Assembly: GCA_026418655.1 (NCBI GenBank)
Contig: JAOAAW010000134.1
Coordinates: forward strand, 1 to 37,518
Direction of reading: 5' to 3'
Length of the DNA: 37,518 nucleotides
Source of the DNA: a bacterium
GTDB lineage: Bacteria; Ratteibacteria; UBA8468; B48-G9; DTJG01
Part shown: in pieces, positions 1 through 8,737 of the stretch
Numbering within the stretch: position 1 is the first letter of the stretch
How the letters are laid out: each line of letters begins with the position of its first letter
Translations under genes and position numbers: made by a program
The notes under the pieces: model-generated
Databases searched by the model: none
What the model saw: only the letters and a program-made list of their open reading frames with translations
What the model was told of the DNA's origin: nothing

Positions 1-3000
1 ACTGTATATAGCAACCTGTAAGGACAGATATTCTGTATTTCACCTACTCTGACTGTTGTTGACTTACCGGATATACCGAGAATAAAATAATCAGGAACAC
101 TTTTTACAGGTCTATTTTCATTCATGGCTTCCATTTCAGGATATGGTTGCAGATCTACTTTCCAATCCTTGAATGTCTCTCCTGAAACCAAAATTTGAGC
201 AGTTTTCCCTGGACTGGCATTGAAAACGGTTTCTTCTACATAAAATCTCTGTATTTCTCCAGCATCAACTATCCAAACAGGACTGCTACCAACCTTAAAA
301 AACAATTTCTCCTGTTTTTTAGTCAGTGGAAATTCATTACTTTGACTGTCAACAAGATATGGTTTTGTCCCTTTTGATGGAATGAAACTTACAGTGCATT
401 CTCTTTCAGGACCTGCCCACAATGCATAGACACAACCTTCTGGTTTATCAAATCTCAGGGCATAAACATTGGCTGATTCAATAAATTGTTCTGCGCCAGT
501 ATCATTTTTAACATAACCTGCAGGTACTTTTGAATGAAATTTTGCCCTATCAAGCAAAAGTGTCATGGTTGCGTATGCAACATAGCCGATTTTTGGATTG
601 AGCTCAGGTGGCTTATGACAGAGTCCAACAGGTCCATAACCGGTGAAATAGTATTCGCTGCTATTGTCCCATATTTCGCTTGATGAGAGAAATTTTTCAA
701 CACCAAGAGAAAAGCCATGCAGGAAACCCTGAATGTATCTGTCTGCCTGCTTTTGTTCACTTATTCTGTCATGGTAGTAGCCCTGTTTTGTGCCGAGATA
801 AAAACCCTCAGTTATATAAAAAGGAACATTATCATATCCATAATGTTTCGCCACTTCCTTAAGATAAAAAAATAGTTCCATTTTATAACCGATAAAATCA
901 AGAGCAAAACCATCTACAAGATTCTTCGGATAGCCCCTTGACATAAAAGTATGAATGAATTGGGGATAGCCATTCCCGAAAATTAATTTTTTGTCAGGAA
1001 ATTCTTTACGCACGATTTCACTATAGGTGATTGCCTTTTCCCATAGCTGTTTGAATTTCTGTTCTTCCACCTCATTAAGAGGTCTTGGAGCAGGATTCTC
1101 AAGAAGTTCAGGTGGGAAATAATGGAAATGTGTTTCGCTAAATGCTGTCTCTCCAAAGACACAAAGAAAATTGTATTGGGGATTTTCTTTCAGATATTCA
1201 ACCAATTTTTCAGGTGGTTCAAACCTGCGGGAGAAGATATCAAGCCATGCAGGATATATGTTATACTTTTCCATCATGATCTTTTCCCATCCAAAAGACC
1301 ATCTCACACCGATCTTTTTCATCAAAGAACCTGCTGCTTCAGCTCCTGCCCCAAAATGACCTGTTGTGAAAACCCACATCCCAAAAGGAGAATCTCTGTC
1401 CGCTTTTCTTGTATCAGGTGGTAGAACTGCAAAAGTTGTTTGTCTTTTTATTAATGAAGTCCCTGTCTTATCTTTCAGTGTTGCCTCAATGTAGTGTAAC
1501 CCTCGTACATCTGTCTTTATTTGAAGCTTTTTTTCTTTCTTTTGACCAGGGGATAAGTCATATACAACCGAATAATCCTTCTTCTTTCCATAAAAATCTG
1601 TAATCTTAACATCAATGGTTCCTTTCTGTGGTTTTAAGGTTTTGTTTGAAAGAATAAACTTCATTTCAGGAATTTGTGGCTGAACAAAGATATGTCCTGT
1701 CTCATCAGAAGTTAATTTCATTTCAACAGGACTTTCTATCAGTGTTGCCGCAAGTATATGAACCGCTGTGGGTTGGGCAATGATACCTGGCCATCCATCT
1801 CTTTCTGCAGGCCTTGTGATATCAAGTTCAAGTGCTATTTCTGAGTCATTGCAAATAAAATCCTGGAATGCACCGGGATCCAGTGGGACCTTCACAAGAT
1901 ACAGATTTCCTTGTTCCTGTCTTGAATCCTGCTTTTTTGAGATGAAATTTATGGTTAGAGGCAAAATATCCTTAGGAATTTGTTTTTCGTTCCAGCGTGG
2001 GACATTTACAACACTATCAAGACACAATCCTCTACCTGGCTTGAACATTCTGATATTTAACTGTGTTCCAAAGTTTGTTCTTGTATCACAGGTTGCAATG
2101 ATGGCCATATGTGTATACTGTCGCTTTGGCACTCTCAACATAATTGTCCCGGATGGGTTTGTAGCACTGGCTTTGAAATAGGAATTCGGATCATTTGCAC
2201 TTCCATAATATGCTGGCTTTCGTTTCACAAGGCTCACATCAAGATTATCCCGTCCATCAGCTCTTGCAGAAAAGAAAAAAGGAATCCCGCCTATCTTAAT
2301 AAATTCATCACTTGTTGGTAATGTATTTGCATCAATGCTGTAACCATCACCGAGATCTCCGGTGTCAAAACATTTACCATTGTACTGATAGGAAAGATCG
2401 AGCGGAAGGTATCCAGCAATATCTTCAGGAATAGCAGATACCTGAAGGTTTTTCAGTTTGTGTCCTTTCGGTAAAAATAGCCTGATTCCTCCGGTTTTCC
2501 TTTCAGGAAAATCAACACTGCTTATTAAAATACCATTGATCCACAATCTTGCCTGTTGTGGTAGAATTTCTATTTTCAACCTTACCCAGCTATTCTGCCA
2601 TCCTGGAAATTTTTCCGTCTCTTCTTTTGGAACAAGGTAAAGTTGAAGCCATTGTTTTCTCTTGACTCCCCCTGCTGTGCTTGTAATAAGGTCTTCTGCA
2701 TACGAGCTTGCACTGTAATAAATAAGCGCATTATTCTTTCTGTCTCCATAAAGTTCGATCTGATATCCTTTGACTATCCCTGATTGTGTTTGCTCATTGG
2801 CTGCAGAAAGAGTGGCTGTCCCTTTTTCTCCAAGCATTATTTCTGAAATCACAGAATATTGATTCCATTGAGGGACACCGGCAACAATTTCTGTATCCTT
2901 GTCTGCTTGAAGAAAAACACTACCTGATTGAGGATCTTCCACCATCTTCAAAAGGCCAGAAACACTCCAACCGGGTGAAACGGATTTATCAAAACTATTT

Positions 3001-3119
3001 ATATCAAGTTTTGTAATGATCCCTGCAGGAATTTTCTGCCACCATATATTTTTTGAAAACAATTCAGAAGATATTGAAAAAAATAGAAAAATAAACAACA
3101 GGGCAATTGTCTTTTTCAT
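1..3119 (-). CDS. Large secreted protein, C-terminus beyond the left window edge (>1039 aa). It has a signal peptide and a DUF1080/LamG-like jelly-roll N-domain, then an uncharacterised glycoside-hydrolase-like body.
   Basis: Absent from the ORF track because it runs off the edge. ATG at 3119 is preceded by AGGAGG (3125-3130). Hand translation gives MKKTIALLFIFLFFSISSELFSKNIWWQKIPAG... I confirmed the frame open by hand over 3119-2400, 780-721, 1440-1381 and 60-3. Only short plus-strand shadow ORFs cover 195-3016. GYQIELYGD and WVRLKIEILPQQARLWINGILI resemble the 3-keto-disaccharide hydrolase (DUF1080) pattern. Confidence 0.8.
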   Translation of the reverse strand, partial: MKKTIALLFIFLFFSISSELFSKNIWWQKIPAGIITKLDINSFDKSVSPGWSVSGLLKMVEDPQSGSVFLQADKDTEIVAGVPQWNQYSVISEIMLGEKGTATLSAANEQTQSGIVKGYQIELYGDRKNNALIYYSASSYAEDLITSTAGGVKRKQWLQLYLVPKEETEKFPGWQNSWVRLKIEILPQQARLWINGILISSVDFPERKTGGIRLFLPKGHKLKNLQVSAIPEDIAGYLPLDLSYQYNGKCFDTGDLGDGYSIDANTLPTSDEFIKIGGIPFFFSARADGRDNLDVSLVKRKPAYYGSANDPNSYFKASATNPSGTIMLRVPKRQYTHMAIIATCDTRTNFGTQLNIRMFKPGRGLCLDSVVNVPRWNEKQIPKDILPLTINFISKKQDSRQEQGNLYLVKVPLDPGAFQDFICNDSEIALELDITRPAERDGWPGIIAQPTAVHILAATLIESPVEMKLTSDETGHIFVQPQIPEMKFILSNKTLKPQKGTIDVKITDFYGKKKDYSVVYDLSPGQKKEKKLQIKTDVRGLHYIEATLKDKTGTSLIKRQTTFAVLPPDTRKADRDSPFGMWVFTTGHFGAGAEAAGSLMKKIGVRWSFGWEKIMMEKYNIYPAWLDIFSRRFEPPEKLVEYLKENPQYNFLCVFGETAFSETHFHYFPPELLENPAPRPLNEVEEQKFKQLWEKAITYSEIVRKEFPDKKLIFGNGYPQFIHTFMSRGYPKNLVDGFALDFIGYKMELFFYLKEVAKHYGYDNVPFYITEGFYLGTKQGYYHDRISEQKQADRYIQGFLHGFSLGVEKFLSSSEIWDNSSEYYFTGYGPVGLCHKPPELNPKIGYVAYATMTLLLDRAKFHSKVPAGYVKNDTGAEQFIESANVYALRFDKPEGCVYALWAGPERECTVSFIPSKGTKPYLVDSQSNEFPLTKKQEKLFFKVGSSPVWIVDAGEIQRFYVEETVFNASPGKTAQILVSGETFKDWKVDLQPYPEMEAMNENRPVKSVPDYFILGISGKSTTVRVGEIQNICPYRLLYT

Positions 3120-3140
3120 GAAAACCTCCTTTTTAGTGTT

Positions 3141-3169
3141 GTTTTATCATTAAACATCCTGACAGTCAA
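3141..3169 (-). promoter_or_regulatory. Candidate sigma70-like promoter for the 1..3119 gene
   Basis: On the minus strand, TTGACT (3169-3164), a 17-nt spacer, then TAAAAC (3146-3141), about 20 nt upstream of the AGGAGG/ATG. The host's promoter consensus is unknown. Confidence 0.3.
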
Positions 3170-3240
3170 GGAAAGTTTCTATACTCATTGATCCTGATTT
3201 CAAAAAATAAAGATTTAGATTTTTTCAAAAAAAACCTGCT

Positions 3241-4680
3241 TTATTCAATGAAAATTTTATTGAATGAAGGGGTTCTTTTTGATTTTCTGCTGCATAAATC
3301 AATCTGGCCCATTCCAGTAACAGGTTGATAAACCCCATCGAATTCAGGGTCACAGTATTTTAAAAACCATTCTCCAAGAATATGTCTCATTTCTCTCTCA
3401 GTCTTTTCAAATCCACAGACACCAGAAAGATTTTTTTCTTCATTCGGATCTGATTCAAGGTCATAAAGTTCATCAGGTCCATAGGGATATCTGCGCACAT
3501 ATTTCCACTTTTTTGTCCGGATCATCCTGACAGGGCCATATTCATCAAAAACCACAACAAAATCTCTTGATACAGCCCGGTTTCCTTTTAATGCTTCTGC
3601 AAAGCTTTTTCCACACAGATATTTCTCTCTCGGCATTTTGAGTCCAAGATAACCAAGAAGTGTGGGCATAAAATCATACTGAGACACAAGCATCTTATTA
3701 ACCTTTCTGACTGGAATTGTCCCGGGCTGAGAAAAGATACATGGTATTTTCACTGATTCCTCAAACATATTGAGCGGAAATGTGGCATTTCCCTTTCCAA
3801 ATACTCCATGGTGCCCCATGTTCATTCCATTATCACTCATGAAAATTATCAATGTTTTTTTCCGCAAATTGTTCTCTTCAATCCATTTCAGAATTCTACC
3901 AATGTTTCTGTCCATTTCTTCGATTGCAGTAAAATAACCACTGAGATATTCTCTTCTGGTCTTTTCATCATTGACAGGAATATTTAGTCTTTTAATCCAG
4001 GAGGGTCTCTTTTCAACCTGATAGGGGACAGAATTGAAACTGCATTCCCTGTAGTATCTGTCAAAAGTTTCTTTCGGATGGTTCTGTCTTGTCCAGGGTG
4101 AATGCGGCGCAGTGTAGTGAATACTTAGATAAAAAGGATTACTTTTTCTTTTTGCCTTTTCCAGGAATTCAAGAGCATTGTCAGTAATTACATCTGTGAT
4201 ATAACGTGGCTCAATATATGGCTTCTTGTTTTTTATCATTACTGCCCCAAAATAATCCGACCCACCCTTTGGAAAAACTCTCCAGAATTTAAATCCTTTT
4301 TGAGGGTGATGACCATCGCCTAAATGCCATTTTCCACTTATTCCGCAATAATATCCATTTTCAGTCAGGTAGTCAGTATAACCAGGAATGCCTTTAAGAT
4401 ATTGAATCAAGTGGTTGCTCTGTGACTCATATTTTTTGATTGTGTTTCCTGCTGCAATCCAGTCATGGATTCCATGAGCAGATGGCATTCTTCCTGTTAG
4501 AAGTGTTGCCCTTGCAGGAGAACAAACAGGACTTGCACAGAAAAAATTCTCAAATCTCATCCCTGTTTTTGCAAGAACATCAATATTGGGTGTTTGCACT
4601 TCTTTGTTTCCGGCACATCCCATTGCCCAGTATCCCTGGTCATCTGATAGTATCAATATCACATTGTTTTTTCTGTCCAT
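3241..4680 (-). CDS. Formylglycine-dependent (Cys-type) sulfatase, no signal peptide
   Basis: 479 aa. N-terminal LILSDDQG metal site, CSPARATLLTGR (C-x-P-x-R) formylglycine motif, GKWHLG, and FMSDNGMNMGHHG. The N-terminus MDRKNNVILILSDD leaves no room for a signal peptide. Confidence 0.93.
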   Translation of the reverse strand: MDRKNNVILILSDDQGYWAMGCAGNKEVQTPNIDVLAKTGMRFENFFCASPVCSPARATLLTGRMPSAHGIHDWIAAGNTIKKYESQSNHLIQYLKGIPGYTDYLTENGYYCGISGKWHLGDGHHPQKGFKFWRVFPKGGSDYFGAVMIKNKKPYIEPRYITDVITDNALEFLEKAKRKSNPFYLSIHYTAPHSPWTRQNHPKETFDRYYRECSFNSVPYQVEKRPSWIKRLNIPVNDEKTRREYLSGYFTAIEEMDRNIGRILKWIEENNLRKKTLIIFMSDNGMNMGHHGVFGKGNATFPLNMFEESVKIPCIFSQPGTIPVRKVNKMLVSQYDFMPTLLGYLGLKMPREKYLCGKSFAEALKGNRAVSRDFVVVFDEYGPVRMIRTKKWKYVRRYPYGPDELYDLESDPNEEKNLSGVCGFEKTEREMRHILGEWFLKYCDPEFDGVYQPVTGMGQIDLCSRKSKRTPSFNKIFIE

Positions 4681-5057
4681 ATGTCATCTCTGTTTTGGAT
4701 TTGCATCAATAGGATTATATGATAAATTAACACAGACAAAAAGGGGGTAGCATTAATATTCAGGAACTTGAAGGATTTTCTCCTTGCCTGTGGTTTTACG
4801 ATGCCAGGGGTCAATTAAAAAATCATGTTTATTCAAGATCTGAAGAAGCATTTCTAAAGGGAGAGAAAAAACATCAGGAAATAAAAACTCTGGAAGATTT
4901 AAAAAAATGGCAGAAATTTATCAGAAAATCATTCATCAACAATATCGGCGGTCTTCCTGATTCTGATTGTCCGCTCAATCCAGAAATTACTGGCACAATT
5001 AGAGAAAAAGGACTCACGATTGAAAAAATCATATTTCAGTCAAGACCTGGTGTCTAT

Positions 5058-6698
5058 GTGACTTCAAACTTATATCTACCCGAAAATATAGATAGACCAA
5101 TTCCTGTTATACTTTTTCTTTCAGGACATGATGAACAGGCAAAACATTGTACAGGATATCAATTCGTATGCAGATGTTTCGTTCAGGCAGGTCTTGCAGT
5201 TTTTTCAATCGACCCGATAGGCCAGGGAGAAAGAAAAAGTTATTATGAACCTGTTGCAGAAAGAACAACAATAAATTGGGGAGTACCTGAACACGATTAT
5301 GCGGGCACTCAAACACTCTTAATAGGAGATTGCATAGCAAGATATTTTGTTCATGATGCAATGAGGGCTATCGATTACCTTGCAACAAGAAAGGAGATAG
5401 ATATTAAGAAAGTAGGTGTAACCGGACACTCAGGAGGAGGAACGCAAACATCTTTAATGATGATATGTGATGAAAGAATTGCTGCTGCTGCGCCAGGTAC
5501 ATTTATAATGGATAGACAATCTTATATGCTTTGCGGTGGTTCTCAAGACGCTGAACAGATATGGCCAGAAATGACAGCAATCGGTTTTGACCATCAGGAT
5601 ATCCTTTTAATGATGGCACCAAAACCAGTACTTGTTCTTGCTGTAAGCTACGATTTTTTCCCTATCGAAGGAACAAGAAACACTGTTGAAAAAGTAAAAA
5701 GATTCTGGAAAATGGCAGGAAAACCTGACAACATCAGAATTTTTGAGGATGCCTGTACCCATAAATATTCAGTCAATCATGCAATTATTGCCACAGAATT
5801 TTTCTCAGAATTTCTTTCGGGTAATAAATTCACACCTGACACATCAGGCATTTCTACCATTTCACCTGAACTGCTCTGGTGTACGAAAAACGGTCAGGTT
5901 CGCAGTTATAAGAAACACACAAGAGCAGTATACGAAGAAAACCTTGAAAGATATCAGAACATCAAAAAGCAACGAAAAAAAATCAATAAACAACATGCTC
6001 TTGGGTGGTTGAAGGAAAAGGTTTTTGCTCACAGGAAAATATGCGAGTTGAACCCGAGATTTTATCTATGCGAACCAGTTGAAGAATTTGATGTTGAAAT
6101 GTGTTTATGGTGGTCTCAGGAAGGTATTTTTAACAATGCTTTCTTATTCAGGCTCTGTACTTTTAGAAACAAAAATTTACCGGTTATCATAGCGCTCTGG
6201 GATGGTGGTACAAACAATATCCAAAGCCATATAAGCTGGATAAGAAAACAGTGTAACAGGGGATATGCAGTTTTAATTCTTGATGTCACCGCGACCGGTT
6301 CAATATCTCCAAATCAAATTGGTGGAAGAACAAATGAAGAGCCACGCGGAACAATACATAAGTTTAATGACGACCTTTTATGGCTTGATGATAGCATCGC
6401 TGCAATGCGGGTATTCGATGTTATACGTACTTGCGATATGATCGAGTCCTGGCCGGGTCTTGAAAAGAATAATATCTCGTGCTATGCATCTGGATACATG
6501 GGATTGTATGGAAGACTCGCTGCGTTAATTGAGTCAAGGATTAAAAAGGTTGTTATAAAAGATGGCATTAAATCTTTTTCAGAAATTGTCGAAAACAGAT
6601 ACTACGACCAGCATAATGTGAGGAGTATTGTGATTCCTGAAATACTTAAATACTTTGATCTTGATGAATTTGAAAAGGAGGGAATGTGGATAAAATAG
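5058..6698 (+). CDS. Alpha/beta-hydrolase (esterase-like) with an internal duplication. The true start is probably upstream, with in-frame ATT at 4752.
   Basis: GVTGHSGGG nucleophile elbow (Ser codon 5430-5432). The C-terminal half repeats the same layout with a degraded elbow, YASGYMG (Ser codon 6489-6491). The frame is open from 4731 with family-like sequence, but the first ATG/GTG/TTG is the GTG at 5058. Confidence 0.85.
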   Translation: MTSNLYLPENIDRPIPVILFLSGHDEQAKHCTGYQFVCRCFVQAGLAVFSIDPIGQGERKSYYEPVAERTTINWGVPEHDYAGTQTLLIGDCIARYFVHDAMRAIDYLATRKEIDIKKVGVTGHSGGGTQTSLMMICDERIAAAAPGTFIMDRQSYMLCGGSQDAEQIWPEMTAIGFDHQDILLMMAPKPVLVLAVSYDFFPIEGTRNTVEKVKRFWKMAGKPDNIRIFEDACTHKYSVNHAIIATEFFSEFLSGNKFTPDTSGISTISPELLWCTKNGQVRSYKKHTRAVYEENLERYQNIKKQRKKINKQHALGWLKEKVFAHRKICELNPRFYLCEPVEEFDVEMCLWWSQEGIFNNAFLFRLCTFRNKNLPVIIALWDGGTNNIQSHISWIRKQCNRGYAVLILDVTATGSISPNQIGGRTNEEPRGTIHKFNDDLLWLDDSIAAMRVFDVIRTCDMIESWPGLEKNNISCYASGYMGLYGRLAALIESRIKKVVIKDGIKSFSEIVENRYYDQHNVRSIVIPEILKYFDLDEFEKEGMWIK

Positions 6699-8725
6699 TT
6701 GAGGACAAAATCAAAGGATGTCTTGTGGGTGCTTATATTGGTGCTGAACTTGGATTTTTAAGATGGATTAAGCCAGAAGTTTTACAGGTTCAAAGTCCTG
6801 AAGAAATGCTGAACAAGAAACTGGAACCTGTATTTGAATATCACGAACAGGAAAAAAGGATAAACTTCAGGAAGATGACTCCTTTTATTGACGCAGGAAT
6901 AAGGGCGTATCTGAAATATCAGCACAGAGTTACACCTGAAGAATTCGGGGAGATTATTAAAAATGACTCGTCTCTTTCAGGACCTGTTTTCAACTGGGAT
7001 GATATTCATACTGTACAGGAATTATTAAAAGAAGGAACCAACCCGAGAATTTCGGGTCTTGGGATTGTTCCAACAGCAAATATCTGTGTTTCAATGCCTG
7101 CTGTTGGAATATACCATGCAGCAGATCCTGAATACGCCTATCTTGATGGTGTGGAAATTGCTTCTGTTGTTCAGTGCAGGAAGGGCGCTGATTGGGCAGG
7201 TTTATGCGCTGCAATGATTGCTGGCTCACTCAGTAATCAGGTTTCTGCAGAAGAAACCATTGAGAAAATTTTAAGGATTGCCCACACAAATGCAAGGGAT
7301 GTTTTTTATCAGATGAATAAAAAGGTACGCGGTGGCTTACATATGGCTGCATCCAACCAGAAAGAATTTCTTGCCTGGTGGTATTACAACGGCGGATATA
7401 ATCCAGAAAGATTGATTTTTAATCCACTTGAATTTATCCTGCCACTGCTACCTGTCTATGGTGATAAACCAGAGCAATTATTTGCTCTAATAAATATCCC
7501 ATACAATGCTGGTTGCCATATTATATCTCCGATTGCTGGTGCAATTGCAGGAACACTTCATGGATATAAAATTTTTCCTGAATCATGGCTCAAATGGGCA
7601 ATGCCTGTTGCTGAAAAATGGTTTCCAGTAATCGAAGTTCTTGAAAAAAGGCTAAAAAAGGAAAAAACCATTGTTTCAGATGTTGAAAAGCTCACTCAAT
7701 CAGACAATTCTGAGTCGAACAGACTTTTCGACAAAATCTATGGATGTGTCCTTGCAGGTGCAATTGGAAATGCAATGGGTTCTCCAGTCGAATGCTGGTT
7801 TGACTGGGAAATTGACCAGAAATACCCTGGGGGAATCAAGACAGTACTTGACCCCAGAAGATTAGAGTCAGAGGATGATAATCAGATGGCAATGTTACTT
7901 CTGGAAACATATATTGAAAGACAGGGTCTTCCTGTAACGGCAAGACACTTTGGCGAGATGTGGAAAAATAAACTTAATCGTGATCATTTCTATGCACTCT
8001 GCATGGGAAATGCATATAATCTCATTGTATCTGGATGGGACCCAAGAATTACCGGACACTGGAGTGTTGTTACAGGTTCAACTGTGATGTGTATGGAACC
8101 TGTAGGAATGTATCATATTGGAGATAGCGAATATGCCCAATTTGATGCGAAAGCAATCTCATATATGTATCAGAGAGGGCTTGATGTTACAGCAGCAGAA
8201 ATACTTGTGGCTGCTGTTTCAGAAGCACTCACTCTGGATGCAACAGTTGAAAGTGTCTGCAAACATGCATTGAAAGCAGCGCCTTCTTCACCGCTCAAAA
8301 CATTTGATAAAAGGGATGTGAAAAGTTGCAGGGAATATCTTGAAAAGTGTCTTGATATTGCTTCAAGATATGATGATGTTCTTAAAGTAAGAAAGGAGCT
8401 GCGAGAAAAATGTCTTTTTTACCACCCGATAGATCCGCTTGAACTTCTGGGTCTTGCCCTCGCAATGTTTTATATAGCAAAAGGAGATGTGAAACAGGCA
8501 GCGATAGGCGGGACAAATATCGGTAGAGATTCAGATACAATTGCAGGAAGGGCTGCAATGTTATCAGGTGCATTGAGTGGAACAAAATCAATTCCTCAAG
8601 AATGGCTGAGACTTTTCAAACCAGAAGTCCTTGAGAAAATTAGACAAAACTGTGAATCATTTGTAAAATTTGTTGTTTCTGGAAGAACAAATAGATTGAA
8701 GAACCGAATAAAACTTATTCAATAA
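6686..8725 (+). CDS. Tandem ADP-ribosylglycohydrolase (ARH/DraG)-fold protein: degenerate N-terminal copy plus canonical C-terminal copy
   Basis: 679 aa. The C-terminal copy has GAIGNAMGSPVEC (7757-7795), SEDDNQM (DD at 7874-7879) and GRDSDTIAGRAAMLSGALSG..IPQEW (DSDT at 8528-8539). The N-terminal copy has GAYIGAELGF and GCHIISPIAGAIAGTLHGYKIFPESW without the acidic residues. GTG start at 6686, 4 nt after AAGGAGG, overlaps the upstream gene by 13 nt. Confidence 0.85.
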   Translation: MDKIVEDKIKGCLVGAYIGAELGFLRWIKPEVLQVQSPEEMLNKKLEPVFEYHEQEKRINFRKMTPFIDAGIRAYLKYQHRVTPEEFGEIIKNDSSLSGPVFNWDDIHTVQELLKEGTNPRISGLGIVPTANICVSMPAVGIYHAADPEYAYLDGVEIASVVQCRKGADWAGLCAAMIAGSLSNQVSAEETIEKILRIAHTNARDVFYQMNKKVRGGLHMAASNQKEFLAWWYYNGGYNPERLIFNPLEFILPLLPVYGDKPEQLFALINIPYNAGCHIISPIAGAIAGTLHGYKIFPESWLKWAMPVAEKWFPVIEVLEKRLKKEKTIVSDVEKLTQSDNSESNRLFDKIYGCVLAGAIGNAMGSPVECWFDWEIDQKYPGGIKTVLDPRRLESEDDNQMAMLLLETYIERQGLPVTARHFGEMWKNKLNRDHFYALCMGNAYNLIVSGWDPRITGHWSVVTGSTVMCMEPVGMYHIGDSEYAQFDAKAISYMYQRGLDVTAAEILVAAVSEALTLDATVESVCKHALKAAPSSPLKTFDKRDVKSCREYLEKCLDIASRYDDVLKVRKELREKCLFYHPIDPLELLGLALAMFYIAKGDVKQAAIGGTNIGRDSDTIAGRAAMLSGALSGTKSIPQEWLRLFKPEVLEKIRQNCESFVKFVVSGRTNRLKNRIKLIQ

Positions 8726-8737
8726 AAAGGGAAACAA

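Noticed and set aside
195-3016. A series of 60-137-aa plus-strand ORFs in the ORF track, plus the 65-aa minus-strand ORF at 563..760.
   Set aside because: They are shadow ORFs inside or opposite the long minus-strand gene 1..3119. That gene has a strong Shine-Dalgarno site, a signal peptide and a continuous frame.
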